DNA of 63,984 nt, the filler included, from Folioceros fuciformis (Eukaryota): NCBI GenBank assembly GCA_049999805.1. It is 10 parts of 10 records of this genome, joined end to end, with 100 filler letters (N's around TTAATTAATTAA, not from the genome) between each part and the next. Parts side by side here need not be neighbours in the genome. Positions count along the whole stretch, not along the records: positions 22,903 to 27,651 come from JBNGIO010002748.1; positions 27,752 to 42,429 come from JBNGIO010002749.1; 8 more parts are not named here. One strand, written 5' to 3'. The notes beneath the pieces are model-generated. The model did no database searches, was not told the origin of the DNA, and saw only the letters and a program-made list of their open reading frames with translations. Of the stretch, positions 25,461 through 36,399 are shown in pieces. Position 1 is the stretch's first letter; each line of letters opens with the position of its first letter. Both the position numbers and the translations under genes were made by a program.

Positions 25461-25737
25461 GTACACCGGTCTACCGGCACACTTCTGCAGTCCAAGTGCG
25501 CCGGTCTACCGGCACAATCCTACAGTGTGGGTGTGCCGGTAGACTAGCACTCTCCTACAGTTAAGTGAGTATGTTTAATAAAGTTTCTTGATTGAAAATG
25601 AAGTTTTTCAAGTGCAAGTGCACCTGTAGACCAACGTACTTTTGCAATTAAGTGAGTATGTTTAAGAAAGTTTTCTTCATTAAAAATGAAGTTTTCAAAT
25701 GCAGTTCGCACTCTTGCAGTTAAGTTAGTATGTTTAA
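25461..25737. repeat. Subterminal-type direct and inverted repeats upstream of the Harbinger transposase
   Basis: CCGGTCTACCGGCACA twice plus an inverted GTGCCGGTAGAC. AGTTAAGTGAGTATGTTTAA variants three times. Confidence 0.7.
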
Positions 25738-25758
25738 GGGTTTAGGGCTTCTTCCCCT

Positions 25759-26962
25759 ATGAGAGTGGCAGATGAGGAAGACACCCTCCTCACCACAATG
25801 TGGCTGCTTGTATGCACTGCAACTCGATTGTATTGGAAGCCTTAGAGAAGGGTAGGTATGTACTACATCAAACCATGGTCACTTCATTAAAGGGCAAAGT
25901 TCATGACAATTGTTCCAAGTGGAGATCCTGACCGTTGGAGAGAGATGATCAAAGTCTCCCCAACCACATTTAATTACATCTGTAGTGTTGTTGCTCTTAA
26001 CTTGACTAGACATCCTCCTCCATGTCTCATTACCTTGCCAAACCGTAAGTTGCATGTTGCAAAACAGGTAGCTATGGTTCTCACAAGATTAGGGACTGCA
26101 GATTCTCTCAAAGTAGTTGCCGAATTGTTTGGTGTAGTAGAGTCAACCTTATCTAAGGTGGTGTGGAGGTTTGTGCGGTCTCACCTCTTGTGCAGCCCAC
26201 CATGTGAATTGGCCAACAGGAGACGAGGCAAGTGAGGTTGAGATGGGTTTCCAAAATCACCATGGATTACCAAATTGCAGAGGAGCTATTGATGTTACCC
26301 ACATTGTGGTAGAATTGCCTCCAGGTGTGACCTCAACAGCCTACTTTGACCACATGAAGAATTACAGCATCACTCTTCAAGGTACTGTTGACATGAGCAT
26401 GCGCTTCATTGATGTTTATGTTGGCTAGCCAGGAAGTGTAAACGATTCTAGAGTTCTTAGTAATTCTAGCTTATACCGACTAGCAGAAGATAAGGAGTGA
26501 TTTCATGGATCTGATATCCTTGTTGGACCTCATAGAATGCAAGAGTATATAATTGGTGATGCCAGTTTTCCATTACTTCCTTGGCTCGTTGTTCCCTTCC
26601 CTGGCAGAAACTTGAGCATGTTTAAGGAGTCCTTCAATTACAAACACAGCTCCAGCAAGATTGTCGTAGAAAGGGCATTTGGATGTTTAAAAGACACCTA
26701 GCGTATCTTGAAGAAATGTCTAGTTTCACCAAATCCAAAGCAAGTTGGCAAATTGGCATTCTGCTATTGTATACTACATAACATCAATATTGATATGCAA
26801 GATAATGATGCAGACCGTGCTATGAACACAATTCCTCAGCACGATCCTGACTACATTACAGTTCCAAGTGCAAGCGTTGCACATCCTGTAGGAGAAAGTT
26901 TAAGAGACTAGCTAGCCCTTATCTTGTGGCAGCAAGAGCAGGATTCTGACTCCAGCGAGTAG
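25759..26962 (+). mobile_element. PIF/Harbinger DDE transposase pseudogene (HARBI1/ALP1-like, DDE_Tnp_4)
   Basis: HTH region (QVAMVLTRLGTADSL..VAELFGV.ESTLSK), GLPNCRGAIDVTHI, YVG*PGSVNDSRVL, IIGDASFPLLPWLVVPF, FNYKHSSSKIVVERAFGCLK, CILHN. Several stops and a frameshift. Confidence 0.92.
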
Positions 26963-27022
26963 TTCTATATTGTAGCTCCATAAAAGGGTTATGAAACAAG
27001 CCTATGTGGCTTTAGTTTCGTT

Positions 27023-27463
27023 TCAACCAGAGTTTGATATTTTCTTACGAAGTTGGTTCATGTTTGAATCATGCAACGTGGTTCTTATATCTTCCAGTGC
27101 TTGTAACTCTCTTTGTATACCTTGTATTACAATGATTTTTGCACCAATGTGTAGCTCTTGACAAGAGATTTCCAACAAGTGTACATTCCTTAAGTTTAGT
27201 TGCATCTGGAGGAAGTTACGTAGTTTTAAAGAGTTGCCATGACATGAATCATGCAACGTGGTTCCTGCATCGTCCAGTGCTTGTAACTCTCTGTGTGCAC
27301 CTTGTATTACAATGATTTTTGTACCGATGTGTAGTTCTTGACAAGAGATTTCTAACAAGTATACATTTCTTGAGTTGCATTGCATCTGGAGGGAGATACA
27401 AATTTCTAAAGATTTGCCATTATATGAATCATGCAACATGGTCCTTACTTTGTTTGATTCCAT
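27023..27463 (-). repeat. 180-bp (60-aa) coding tandem repeat in an ORF convergent with the transposase
   Basis: GAATCATGCAAC at 27066, 27246 and 27426. The peptide LHDS...LQMQ.N.RNV.LLEISCQELHIG.KIIVIQG..RELQAL occurs twice. Confidence 0.8.
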
Positions 27464-27651
27464 AACTTACTTCAACAAGTCTTCAATTTTCATTTGAATC
27501 TACAAACTACAATCAAATTCTACAAACTACAATCAACATATCACAATTTATCACCAAGCTTGAGAAGGCTGTCTCCAATTTTCCCTAGAGCTGCAACAAA
27601 ATCAAGCCTTATCTCTCTATTAACTTCTACCATATTGTTCAGCACATGAAC

Positions 27652-27751
27652 NNNNNNNNNNNNNNNNNNNNNNNNNNNNNNNNNNNNNNNNNNNNTTAAT
27701 TAATTAANNNNNNNNNNNNNNNNNNNNNNNNNNNNNNNNNNNNNNNNNNNN
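27652..27751. other. Artificial contig spacer
   Basis: N44-TTAATTAATTAA-N44. Confidence 0.99.
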
Positions 27752-28604
27752 CATCTCGCCTGTCGCAATTGAGCTCGGAATTGTGCAAACGCGCAGTGGG
27801 AGCTGTAGATTCCAGCAGGATGTGGGGATTCCAGACGCAGCGGCCTGACATTTTGTACCTCCCACCGGGACAGTTCAGCGGATAGTGTTTTCCCAGGGTC
27901 AAGAACTGGTAGTCTACCGCGATATCTTCCCCGCACCTTCGTGGAGTTGCAGAGCCAATTTCTCGACATTCTTTCCGCCAGAAAATCAGCCCAAACCTCT
28001 CTCTCATCGACAACTAATCCCATCAGGATTACGCGAGGTTGTCTCGTGCTGGAGACCGTTCAGACCAGTAGGTATCCCAAAATTCCCTGGGAGATACAGG
28101 AGAGCTGACGGGTTAGAGGCTGGTATAAGGGGTCTTCAGGTTTACACAGGTCAAACGAAGCCCGGAAAGACGCTTTCTTTCAATTTTCCCAAGGGGCGGC
28201 AAGACAGGAAACCCTAGAGCTGCGCTGGAGATCCCGAACCTCCTGGTGTCACCTCCTGGTGTCGTGCCCGTGCACGCCTTGGGTGCGGGCCTAAGGCTTG
28301 TGTTGCGTGAGAATGGCTGGGCTTTCTGTAGAGAGGGCTGATCCACCTGGAAGCTTGGATCGTGCAAGGTAGGTCGTCATGCGCATTGCCTTGGCATGCT
28401 TATGTTTCAGCAGTGGGTGCACCTGCAAGGCCGGAGATGCTAAGCTGCCTCCTGCCAACATCGTGTCCAGTATTATGATGTGTTCAGAAAGCGATGTTGG
28501 TATCCCGGCTTGCGTGGTGAGGGGGGAAGAGATGAGCAGCCTGTTTAGTCGGGGCAGCACTTACAGTAAAATCTGCTGGGGCGGAGCCAAAGGCGGTGGA
28601 GAAG

Positions 28605-30363
28605 ATGTCCACGAGTTGCTTCAAATTGTGTTGGAAAGGGTGTGTATCTGCAGGGAATGCAGTCTTCGATGTGCAAGCTTATGTGGAAGGCCTGAAGGAT
28701 GCAGTCGGGACTTTGTCGGGCCCAGAGATCAAGGCGGTGCATGGGCAGGCCACGTGCGTGCTAGTCCACAAGTCTCTGGTGCTGACGTCCTGGGCCTTTC
28801 TTCCTCAAGCTACATGTGCTTTCGGTGCAGAGGTTACCTTTAAGTGCAAGGACAATGTTGTTAAACGCAAATTGGAGCCCAGAAGGTGAGGATAGGGAAC
28901 CGTGTGTTATTCTCTTTTGTTGGAGACGGGCAATTGGTGTATGTCTTGAGGTGTTGTAGGGTTGATGTGCAGGTTCTTTGCCAACAGCTATGAACTGGAC
29001 TTGGCGCTGGTATGCTGCGAAGAGGTGACGGCAGACATCAGCCCTATGAATATGGACACGAACAAAGCAACTGGTTCCTCCTTCTATAAGGGGCACAAAG
29101 TGTACATTGTTGGTCATCCGAGAAGCGATCAGGAAGACGTACCTGTAGCTGTTGCGCGAGGCCTGGTTACTGGAGCTTCTGATCAGCACGTTATCAAGTT
29201 TGCGATGCCGGAGAAGATGTTCTGGGTGCCAGGTTCAGCTGGCTTTGATTCGTGGGGCAACTTCGCCTTTCTGGTATGCACGCCTCATGAATGGCTTCCC
29301 AAGGGTTCCAAGGCGAAGAAGAAGCGATTCTCTCTCATGCCACTTCGTCGGAGGAGTAAGTTGAGGCAGACTGGACTTACCATCCACACCGTGAAGGAGT
29401 GGATGGAGAAACTTACTGTATCAACTCTTCAGGATGAGGATGTCGCCAAAACTCTTACAGGTCTTCCTGAGTCGATGGCACAGCCGGATTTGCAACCCCT
29501 CAAAGAACTCGTACAAGCCCATAAACTGGCTGCGGCTTTGAAGCAGCAACAGGAGGCCACTCAGGCAGTCGCCGCTGAGAGAGTCTTCAGCAGAGTTGCA
29601 AGCAGGGCAGCAAGCAAGGCACCAAGCAGAGCAGCGAGTAGGCCAGCAAGCCGACCTGCCAGTCGACCTTCAAGCAGACCAACCAGCAGGCCCGCCAGCC
29701 CGGGTCATGTTAGCACCAGAGTCATGACCCCTCCCGAATCGATAAAGAAAGTGGTTGCTACTAGTACAAACAGCGGCGGCGGTTCGAAAAAGAGGATTAG
29801 TATTTCTCTCAAACACGGCATTAAAGGTCCCAATGGTATGGCAATATCATATGATCAAGGCTTTTCTAGTAGCGGGGAAATCCGTGATCCTGTGAGTGTG
29901 GTATACATGCTTGACAAGGCGTTGGGCTCTTCTTCTTCAACCGGCTCCAGACCTACGACAGGCACGTCCGGTTCCTCAAGATCTAAAGCTAAGATCAGGA
30001 CGAAGAAGAAGGCCCGCAAGTCGAGTAAAGATGTATGTGCTCCTCACTGGATATCCAGTACTTGGCTCTCTCCATATTCTCTGTCGACACGATTCGTGCT
30101 CATGTGAATTCAGAACTAAAGAATTGTTATTTGTTGCCAACAAATACGAAACAATGTGCTAACAGGCAGAGACCGCGAAGACAGCTACGGACGACTCGAA
30201 TGCTTCTACAGCACAGAAGAAAAATAGGAGAATGAAATCTTCGAAGGACGACTCGGCTCCTTCACCACCGAAGAAGAACAGGAAAGTGATGTCGTCTAGT
30301 AACAGGCTCTTGAAGCCTACGTCTTCTAGTAAAAGGCGGTCTGTTTCTGGAAGTGCGACTTAA
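28605..30363 (+). CDS. Plant trypsin-like (Trypsin_2-fold) domain protein with a basic Ser-rich tail; exons 28605-28885, 28973-30032, 30166-30363
   Basis: GT-AG introns preserve the frame. Motifs ATCVLVHKSLVLT, RFFANSYELDLALV, VYIVGHP and WVPGSAGFDSWGNFAFLVC resemble a plant family with W.PGSAGFD..GNLAF (family recalled, not searched). Confidence 0.75.
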
Positions 30364-31621
30364 CCAACTTGATTATGCCCTCACAAGCCGATCGCCACTC
30401 TTCACCATTCGGGCTAGAGGCTCCTATGAATTTTGGAATCAAAGACTTCGAATTCATTCTGGCTGTGGGGTTCGGGGCTATTCGGGTGGGATGGTCAGGG
30501 CGTCACAGTGAGCAGATCCTTGACTGCCTTCAGGCACACATTCATAAGGACACCGTTACTAAGAACTCTGCGCTTGTATAGCTAGGTGGGGTGCCTAGGA
30601 GGAAAAGATGCCCATGATAGCTTGAGACATGGTGTGAAGTACCAAGTGCGATGGCAACAAGAATTAAGTCCATGCGGACTGTAGTAGACTTGTCTTATTC
30701 GATCCATTCACAACTCCCGATCTTCAGCCAAGAGCACTAGTTGTTCTCATCGGGCCGGTTTGGTGTGCCCATTTCCTCTACCCCGAACGCCCGCATTGCA
30801 GCGCTGCCTGCTAATCCACAATTTGCACCTGCTGCTTCCTGAAGGTTACATCTGATTCCTGGGAGGGATCGCTGCTCACACATGCCATTATGTACCTTGA
30901 AGTGAGGAAAGTCATGAAGGACCCAAGCCCCATCAGCCAGCAAGGCACAGCTTGTAGGATATGTACGTCAGTAAAGCTCAGGACCTATCCGCTGAACAGA
31001 CATTGGGACTCACTTGTCTGCACTAGGAGGGGAACCAAAAGACACCTCCCTGAGATTCCTGAAGAAGACGACTAACACTGCTCAACCTGATGGTCTCCTC
31101 GATGGCTTGAAAGTTTTGCAGAAAGTCTCCAGAGCTCTCTTTAAGTGCATTCCATCCTGGCCAAATTTCAACCTAATACCGACTCATTTAAACATTGCAA
31201 ACTGGAAGAAGACGGGGTTGCAAACGACGGCTAGAAAAAGCGTCACGTATGCCTTGGGACGCGGTGTTCGAAAATTTTATCGAAGTTCAACGGCAACCCA
31301 ATGTTCGTACATCGCCTCTTACTGTTGGTGATATTGTGGCGCCAAAAGCATGCCTTGACGGGTAACCACAATGACTGACAACTAGACCAAGCATTGCAAT
31401 CGTGTAAGCATTTCTCCAGTGATCTGACTTAACTCTTGCGGTTAACTCTCTACCTTCGTTAAATATTCGCTGTAAGTTTGTTTAAGGGTACGCAAAAAAC
31501 TTGAAGCACATTACTGTTCGAGATATGTAAAGGGGCACTCACATGCGAAACCACCAGGTGTTGGACATCACAGTTCTCCTCATTAGCGGACCATATGCCT
31601 GTATTCAGAGATCTTTCCTGA

Positions 31622-32575
31622 TCATCCCCACTCGAGGTCATCTAATGCACACATGAACTCCCTGGCCACAGTCTTCAGCACCGTACAAGTTGCCTGAAGT
31701 CGCTCACAATACTGTCTGGACGCATAGAGATCAGCCTCTGCATGGTGCAATCGGTCCTTCAAATCCAGGATCTGCTTCTGCAGGTCATGATTAACCAATT
31801 CCATCAGCGCTTTCTCTGACGCTTTCTTTTCGTCAGCCTCGTTCGTTGCATCCAGCAGGACCTCAAACCTTGAACGATCTTGCTGCATGCCTAGGTTCAA
31901 ATCATGTCCATCTTGGAGCTCCTCAACCAGAGACTCATCTCTCGGATCAGCCGGAAGCGCTGCAGTCACGTGCGTAGGATGTCTTGAAATCACATCTTGC
32001 ACCGGTACATGTCCATCGATATCCGAACATACCATGCCGCACCGGTTACACAAATACAGACCAGCCAGGAGTCTGTTTCTTGTCAGTGGGAGTCTGCGGT
32101 ACAAGCACCTTCTCTGCCACATTTCAAGCAAGTCATACTTGACAAGGCCGCAATCTAACTTCACCTGCAGCTGGTCATCGTGAGGATCCGGAAGCGTCTC
32201 GGATCTCAAGCCATCCTCCGATAACGAATCATCTCCTCGGGATCCCTTGCATCCGCAGACACGCAGTCCTTCCAGATTTCGGAGAAAGAGATAACAAAGC
32301 ATATTAGTCCAGAGATTCACGACTATGCCGGAGAGTCTGCAAAAGAAGTGCCACCCCTGACATATTCCATCTCTCAAGGTATGCTGGATAATGCTCCAAT
32401 CAAATTCCATCTTCCTTCCCGCACATCTAGACGCATCGCGTAAGCCAGGCTCATCTGTTCCGTTAGGAACCTTCTTAGTGTCGCTACTGGTGCAGTCTTG
32501 TTCAAAATGATCTCGGGGCCACCGATGAACCAAAATTCCTACCACACCTCCCGTCAAAGCTATGAGATGGTTCAT
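31622..32575 (-). CDS. Hypothetical intronless protein with hydrophobic N-terminus and C-terminal coiled coil
   Basis: Stop-free frame of ~317 aa from the first ATG, with a heptad-like LQKQILDLKDRLHHAEADL segment. No family recognised. Confidence 0.45.
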   Translation of the reverse strand: MNHLIALTGGVVGILVHRWPRDHFEQDCTSSDTKKVPNGTDEPGLRDASRCAGRKMEFDWSIIQHTLRDGICQGWHFFCRLSGIVVNLWTNMLCYLFLRNLEGLRVCGCKGSRGDDSLSEDGLRSETLPDPHDDQLQVKLDCGLVKYDLLEMWQRRCLYRRLPLTRNRLLAGLYLCNRCGMVCSDIDGHVPVQDVISRHPTHVTAALPADPRDESLVEELQDGHDLNLGMQQDRSRFEVLLDATNEADEKKASEKALMELVNHDLQKQILDLKDRLHHAEADLYASRQYCERLQATCTVLKTVAREFMCALDDLEWG

Positions 32576-34102
32576 CACGCTTCTGCGTTCCACCGATTGT
32601 GGAAGGATGCTAATCAGGAGATCTGTTGCGAGTCACAGGGATACAGTGGACGTGCCCGGAACTTCAAACAACTGAAATCTCGTGGCAGATAAAACATCGT
32701 CTGCAAGCTGTCCACCTTACTCCGCAAATTAAACATTAAATATTTGATGCTTTCTCTATCTTAAATGGGACTTTTCCTTTTATTTTAATAATATAAAATA
32801 TGTATTTTTTGTTTCTAAAAAACTTATTTGATGTTACACATTAAATATGGAATAGTGTAATAGTTGCGAATTCGAAAGAAGCCACATTGTATATGTGTCG
32901 CAGCCAATAGCCAATAGAGACTGGAAACAAAACATGTAGGCCTATGGCATACTTGTAGGAAGATTGTGTTGAGAGAATAGCAAACAGCCTTAGTATAGGC
33001 TCTTATCTTTAGGCAATAAGTGCAGTAGGCGCATGGGTGCTAACCATAGATAGGTCATCAATGGTTGCCCATGTGTATTGTGTGCTAATTACTAGCACTA
33101 GTATAAATGTTGATGAAGGAATGTTACCTTTGTCTAGTGTGTTCATCTCTTAATCATCTTTCGGCATTGTGCCTTGTATAGCAGTCTTGAGGTGCCTTAT
33201 GTGACAACCTTGAGGTATTTGAAATTGCAAGCTTCGAGGTGCCTTATGTGCCAACCTTGAGGTATCTGAAGTTGCATGCTTCAATGTTTACTCCAATCAC
33301 TTTGTGCCTTGACTCTTAAGCATTTGTTGTGTGGAGCTTATCATGTTTGTGATTTCATAGGTTATGGGTCTACCGAAGGTAGCGTTAGAGAGCCTCCACA
33401 TTCTGGAAAAGTTAAATAGAACCAATTACCATATGTGGAAATTCAAAATGCAAATCATGTTGGAGGAGGGAGACATATGAGATGTAGTGTCTAGAGTGAG
33501 CACAATACTAGGAGATGATGAAGCTGCTATGATAAAATGGAGGCAACACGGTTGAAAAGCTATCATCATAATCTGATACACAACTGCAAATAGTCTAATC
33601 TACTACCACAGCCAAAATGGCATGGGATTGATAATCATTGAAGGATCGTTATGAGATTGGAGATCTTATGAGTGAAGTGTTTCTAGTGAAGTATTTTGGT
33701 GACCTCGAAAATGGCAGAGGACAACATGCAAGATCTTCTGACTGAAGACGAAACTCCAAATGAGCAACTTGAAGTAGTCGATGTTGGCTTTAAGGAAAAA
33801 ACTTGGATTGTTCTCTTCTTGGCAAGCTTGCCATCATCATACAAAAACTTGGTGGTTTCATTAGAAACAAGAGGAGACATCCTAACCAAGCAATTGGTTT
33901 GATCTAGACTTTTGCAGGAAGAAGTGAGATGGAAGGAAGAAAACAAGGTAGTTGGAGTGGACGAAATTGCGGTCCTATCGTGTAGCAAGAGAGGGTCTAA
34001 AATCAGACCTAGAGCAATCTTCAAGTGTTATTATTATGATCTTATTGGGCAACGAGTGTCTGATTGTCAAAAAATGGCTTCAAATGTGAAGCCTGTAAAA
34101 AT

Positions 34103-34445
34103 AGCTTTCAGCAGGCAAGCAATTAGGTAGCTTTCAGCAAGCGAGCAATTAGGTAGCTTTCAACAAGCGAGCAAATAGACAGCTTTCAGTAAGCGAGCAA
34201 TTAGGTAGCTTTCAGCAAGCGAGCAAATAGGCAGCTTTCAGCAAGCGAGCAATTATGTAGCTTTTAACGAGCGAGCAATTAGGTAGCTTTTAGCAAGCGA
34301 GCAATTAGGTAGCTTTGTGCAGGCCAGCAACTAGGTAGCTTTCAGCAAGCCAACAATTAGGTAGCTTTCAGCAAGCAAGCAATTACGTAGCTTTAAGCAA
34401 GCAAGTAATTAATGTAGCTTTCAGCAGGCAAGCCATTAATGTAGC
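34103..34445. repeat. 26-bp minisatellite x13
   Basis: AGCTTTCAGCAAGCGAGCAATTAGGT units from 34103. Confidence 0.95.
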
Positions 34446-34890
34446 AAAAGAAATTATGCTACACTAATTTTTGTATGTATGAGAAGAGCCTTTTCTTAGT
34501 TTTTAAAGAGTGCGACATTATTGTTTGCACTTGCCATTGTGTAATGTAGCATAAGAAATTATGCTACACTAATTTTTGTCGAATGAGAAGAGCCTTTTCT
34601 TAGTTTTTAAAGAGTGTGACATCATTGTTTGCACTTGCCATTGTGTTGGTGCAAGGAGAGGCTTCGCATTGGTTGTTAGAAGTGAGTATGTCTTCGTGTT
34701 TGCACCCTGTTATTTAAAGTACCCTATATTGTTGGAAGGGAGTATATCTTCATGTTTGCACCCTGTTGTTTAAAGTACCCTATGTTGTTGGAAGGGGGTA
34801 TGTCTTCGTGTTTGCACCCTGTTGTTTAAAGTACCCTATGTTGTTGGAAGGGGGTATGTCTTCGTGTTTGCACCCTGTTGTTTAAAGTAC
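34440..34890. repeat. 105-bp duplication followed by a 56-bp repeat x~3.6
   Basis: AAATTATGCTACACTAATTTTTGT at 34451 and 34556. TTTGCACCCTGTT at 34699, 34755, 34811 and 34867. Confidence 0.9.
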
Positions 34891-34971
34891 ATTGTAAAAG
34901 TTGAAGTTTTTCGAGCTTTGGGAGAGGACTTATGACAATGGAGCTTCTAGCTTTAAAGTTCCTTGCCCTTG

Positions 34972-35665
34972 ATGGGAATCAATAGCTCTTAGGCACCGAG
35001 AATTATAATGCAGTTATATTAAGAATAATGAGTACAAGCCTTTATATAACCTATGTAGTTAAGTGGTTATAACCATAAGTTGTTATAACTACTAAATAGT
35101 TGTAATTAATATAATTATTAATTACCTAATAAAACTTTATAATTAACTACTTATTGCCCTAATTTGCCCTAGGTTTAAAGTATGGTTTAAGTAGCCTAAT
35201 GAATAGTGCCCAAAACTAAATATATTTCATCACTCTCACTCACTATGAATATGTAAGGTGAAATCTCACTCACTATGAATTCGTAGGGATGAAAACTACC
35301 TTTAAAATGAGGCCCAAAATGCAAATAGGCTCCCACTTTATCAAAAGTTATCAGATTAAGAAAAAATAAGCCTAAACTAAATACGGAATGAGTAACGCTA
35401 ATATACTAACATTTCTAATCTCATTACTTTATAGCGCTATCATACCAGGGGCCACTTAAACAATATTTTAAACCTAGGGCAATAAGTAGTTACTTATATA
35501 GTTGCACTAGGTAGTTAGTAATTATATTAGTTATAACTACTTAGTGGTTATAAAACCTTATGGTTATAACCACTTAATCACTTAGCCTATATAAAGGCTT
35601 GTACTCATTATTCTTAATCCAATTGCATTATAGCACTTTGTGCCTAAAGAGCTATTGATCCTCAT
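34972..35665. repeat. Long inverted repeat (~220-bp arms, ~250-bp spacer); foldback/MITE-like
   Basis: Left arm ATCAATAGCTCTTAGGCAC...AAGAATAATGAGTACAAGCCTTTATATA...TTGCCCTAGGTTTAAA is the reverse complement of the right arm TTTAAACCTAGGGCAA...TATATAAAGGCTTGTACTCATTATTCTT...GAGCTATTGAT. Confidence 0.9.
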
Positions 35666-36399
35666 TTTAATTGTTGAGCATATTGCTTGCTATCTATGAA
35701 GCTATTAATTCTTCTATGCTTACTCTATTCCAAAAGCATTTTAGTCTTGAAACTTGCTACAAGAAGGCTTTATATGCAACATCAAGTTTATTATGCTTAA
35801 AGCTTCAAGATGTACAATTAGTGCACTCAATGCTCTCTAAATGGCTATGAAATCTTCACATCCAACGAAACATAAACTTTGAAAAGCATATATGGTTGCA
35901 AAACGAAAGTAAGACTATGAGACCCATAAATTTCAATGCTTAAGAGAAGTAGATTCAACAATTGACGAAATTAGTAATCTAGCTACGAAGATTTCTAATT
36001 TTATTAGTTCAATTTTGATTAAGTCATATAATCAAGTACATAAACTCAAAATTAGCATAGCTTACTTAAGTTTTTAACTCCCACATAAGTTAAGTCAATT
36101 CAATTAGCATTGCAATATGTACCCAATCTTCATGTCTTCCATTCCTACATCTAATTTTTGTAGTCATAACAATATATCTTTTATGAAAGGACTTCGAATT
36201 CCAAATTCACAATAAACTAGATTCATTAGCAAGTGGAATTTATGAGCTTAGGAATAAAATTTCTCCCTTAGTCACAATGTTTCTCCTTCTAACTTTAACC
36301 ATGGTCCTCTACATGATTCACCTAATGATTTTGATGATATTGCAGCCAAATTCCTACCTATGAACACATTAGCATTAGCGCTGCATAGCCGTGCTCTCT

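Larger units (their letters stand above)
32967..34930 (+). mobile_element. Internally deleted copia element: 5' LTR, half-tRNA-type PBS, decayed gag, tandem arrays, purine tract
   Basis: TATAAAT at ~33102; GGTTATGGGTCTA at 33360; gag LNRTNYHMWKFKM and LASLPSSYKNLVVSLE; decayed zinc knuckle; GGGAGAGGA at ~34919. The LTR start is inferred. Confidence 0.75.
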
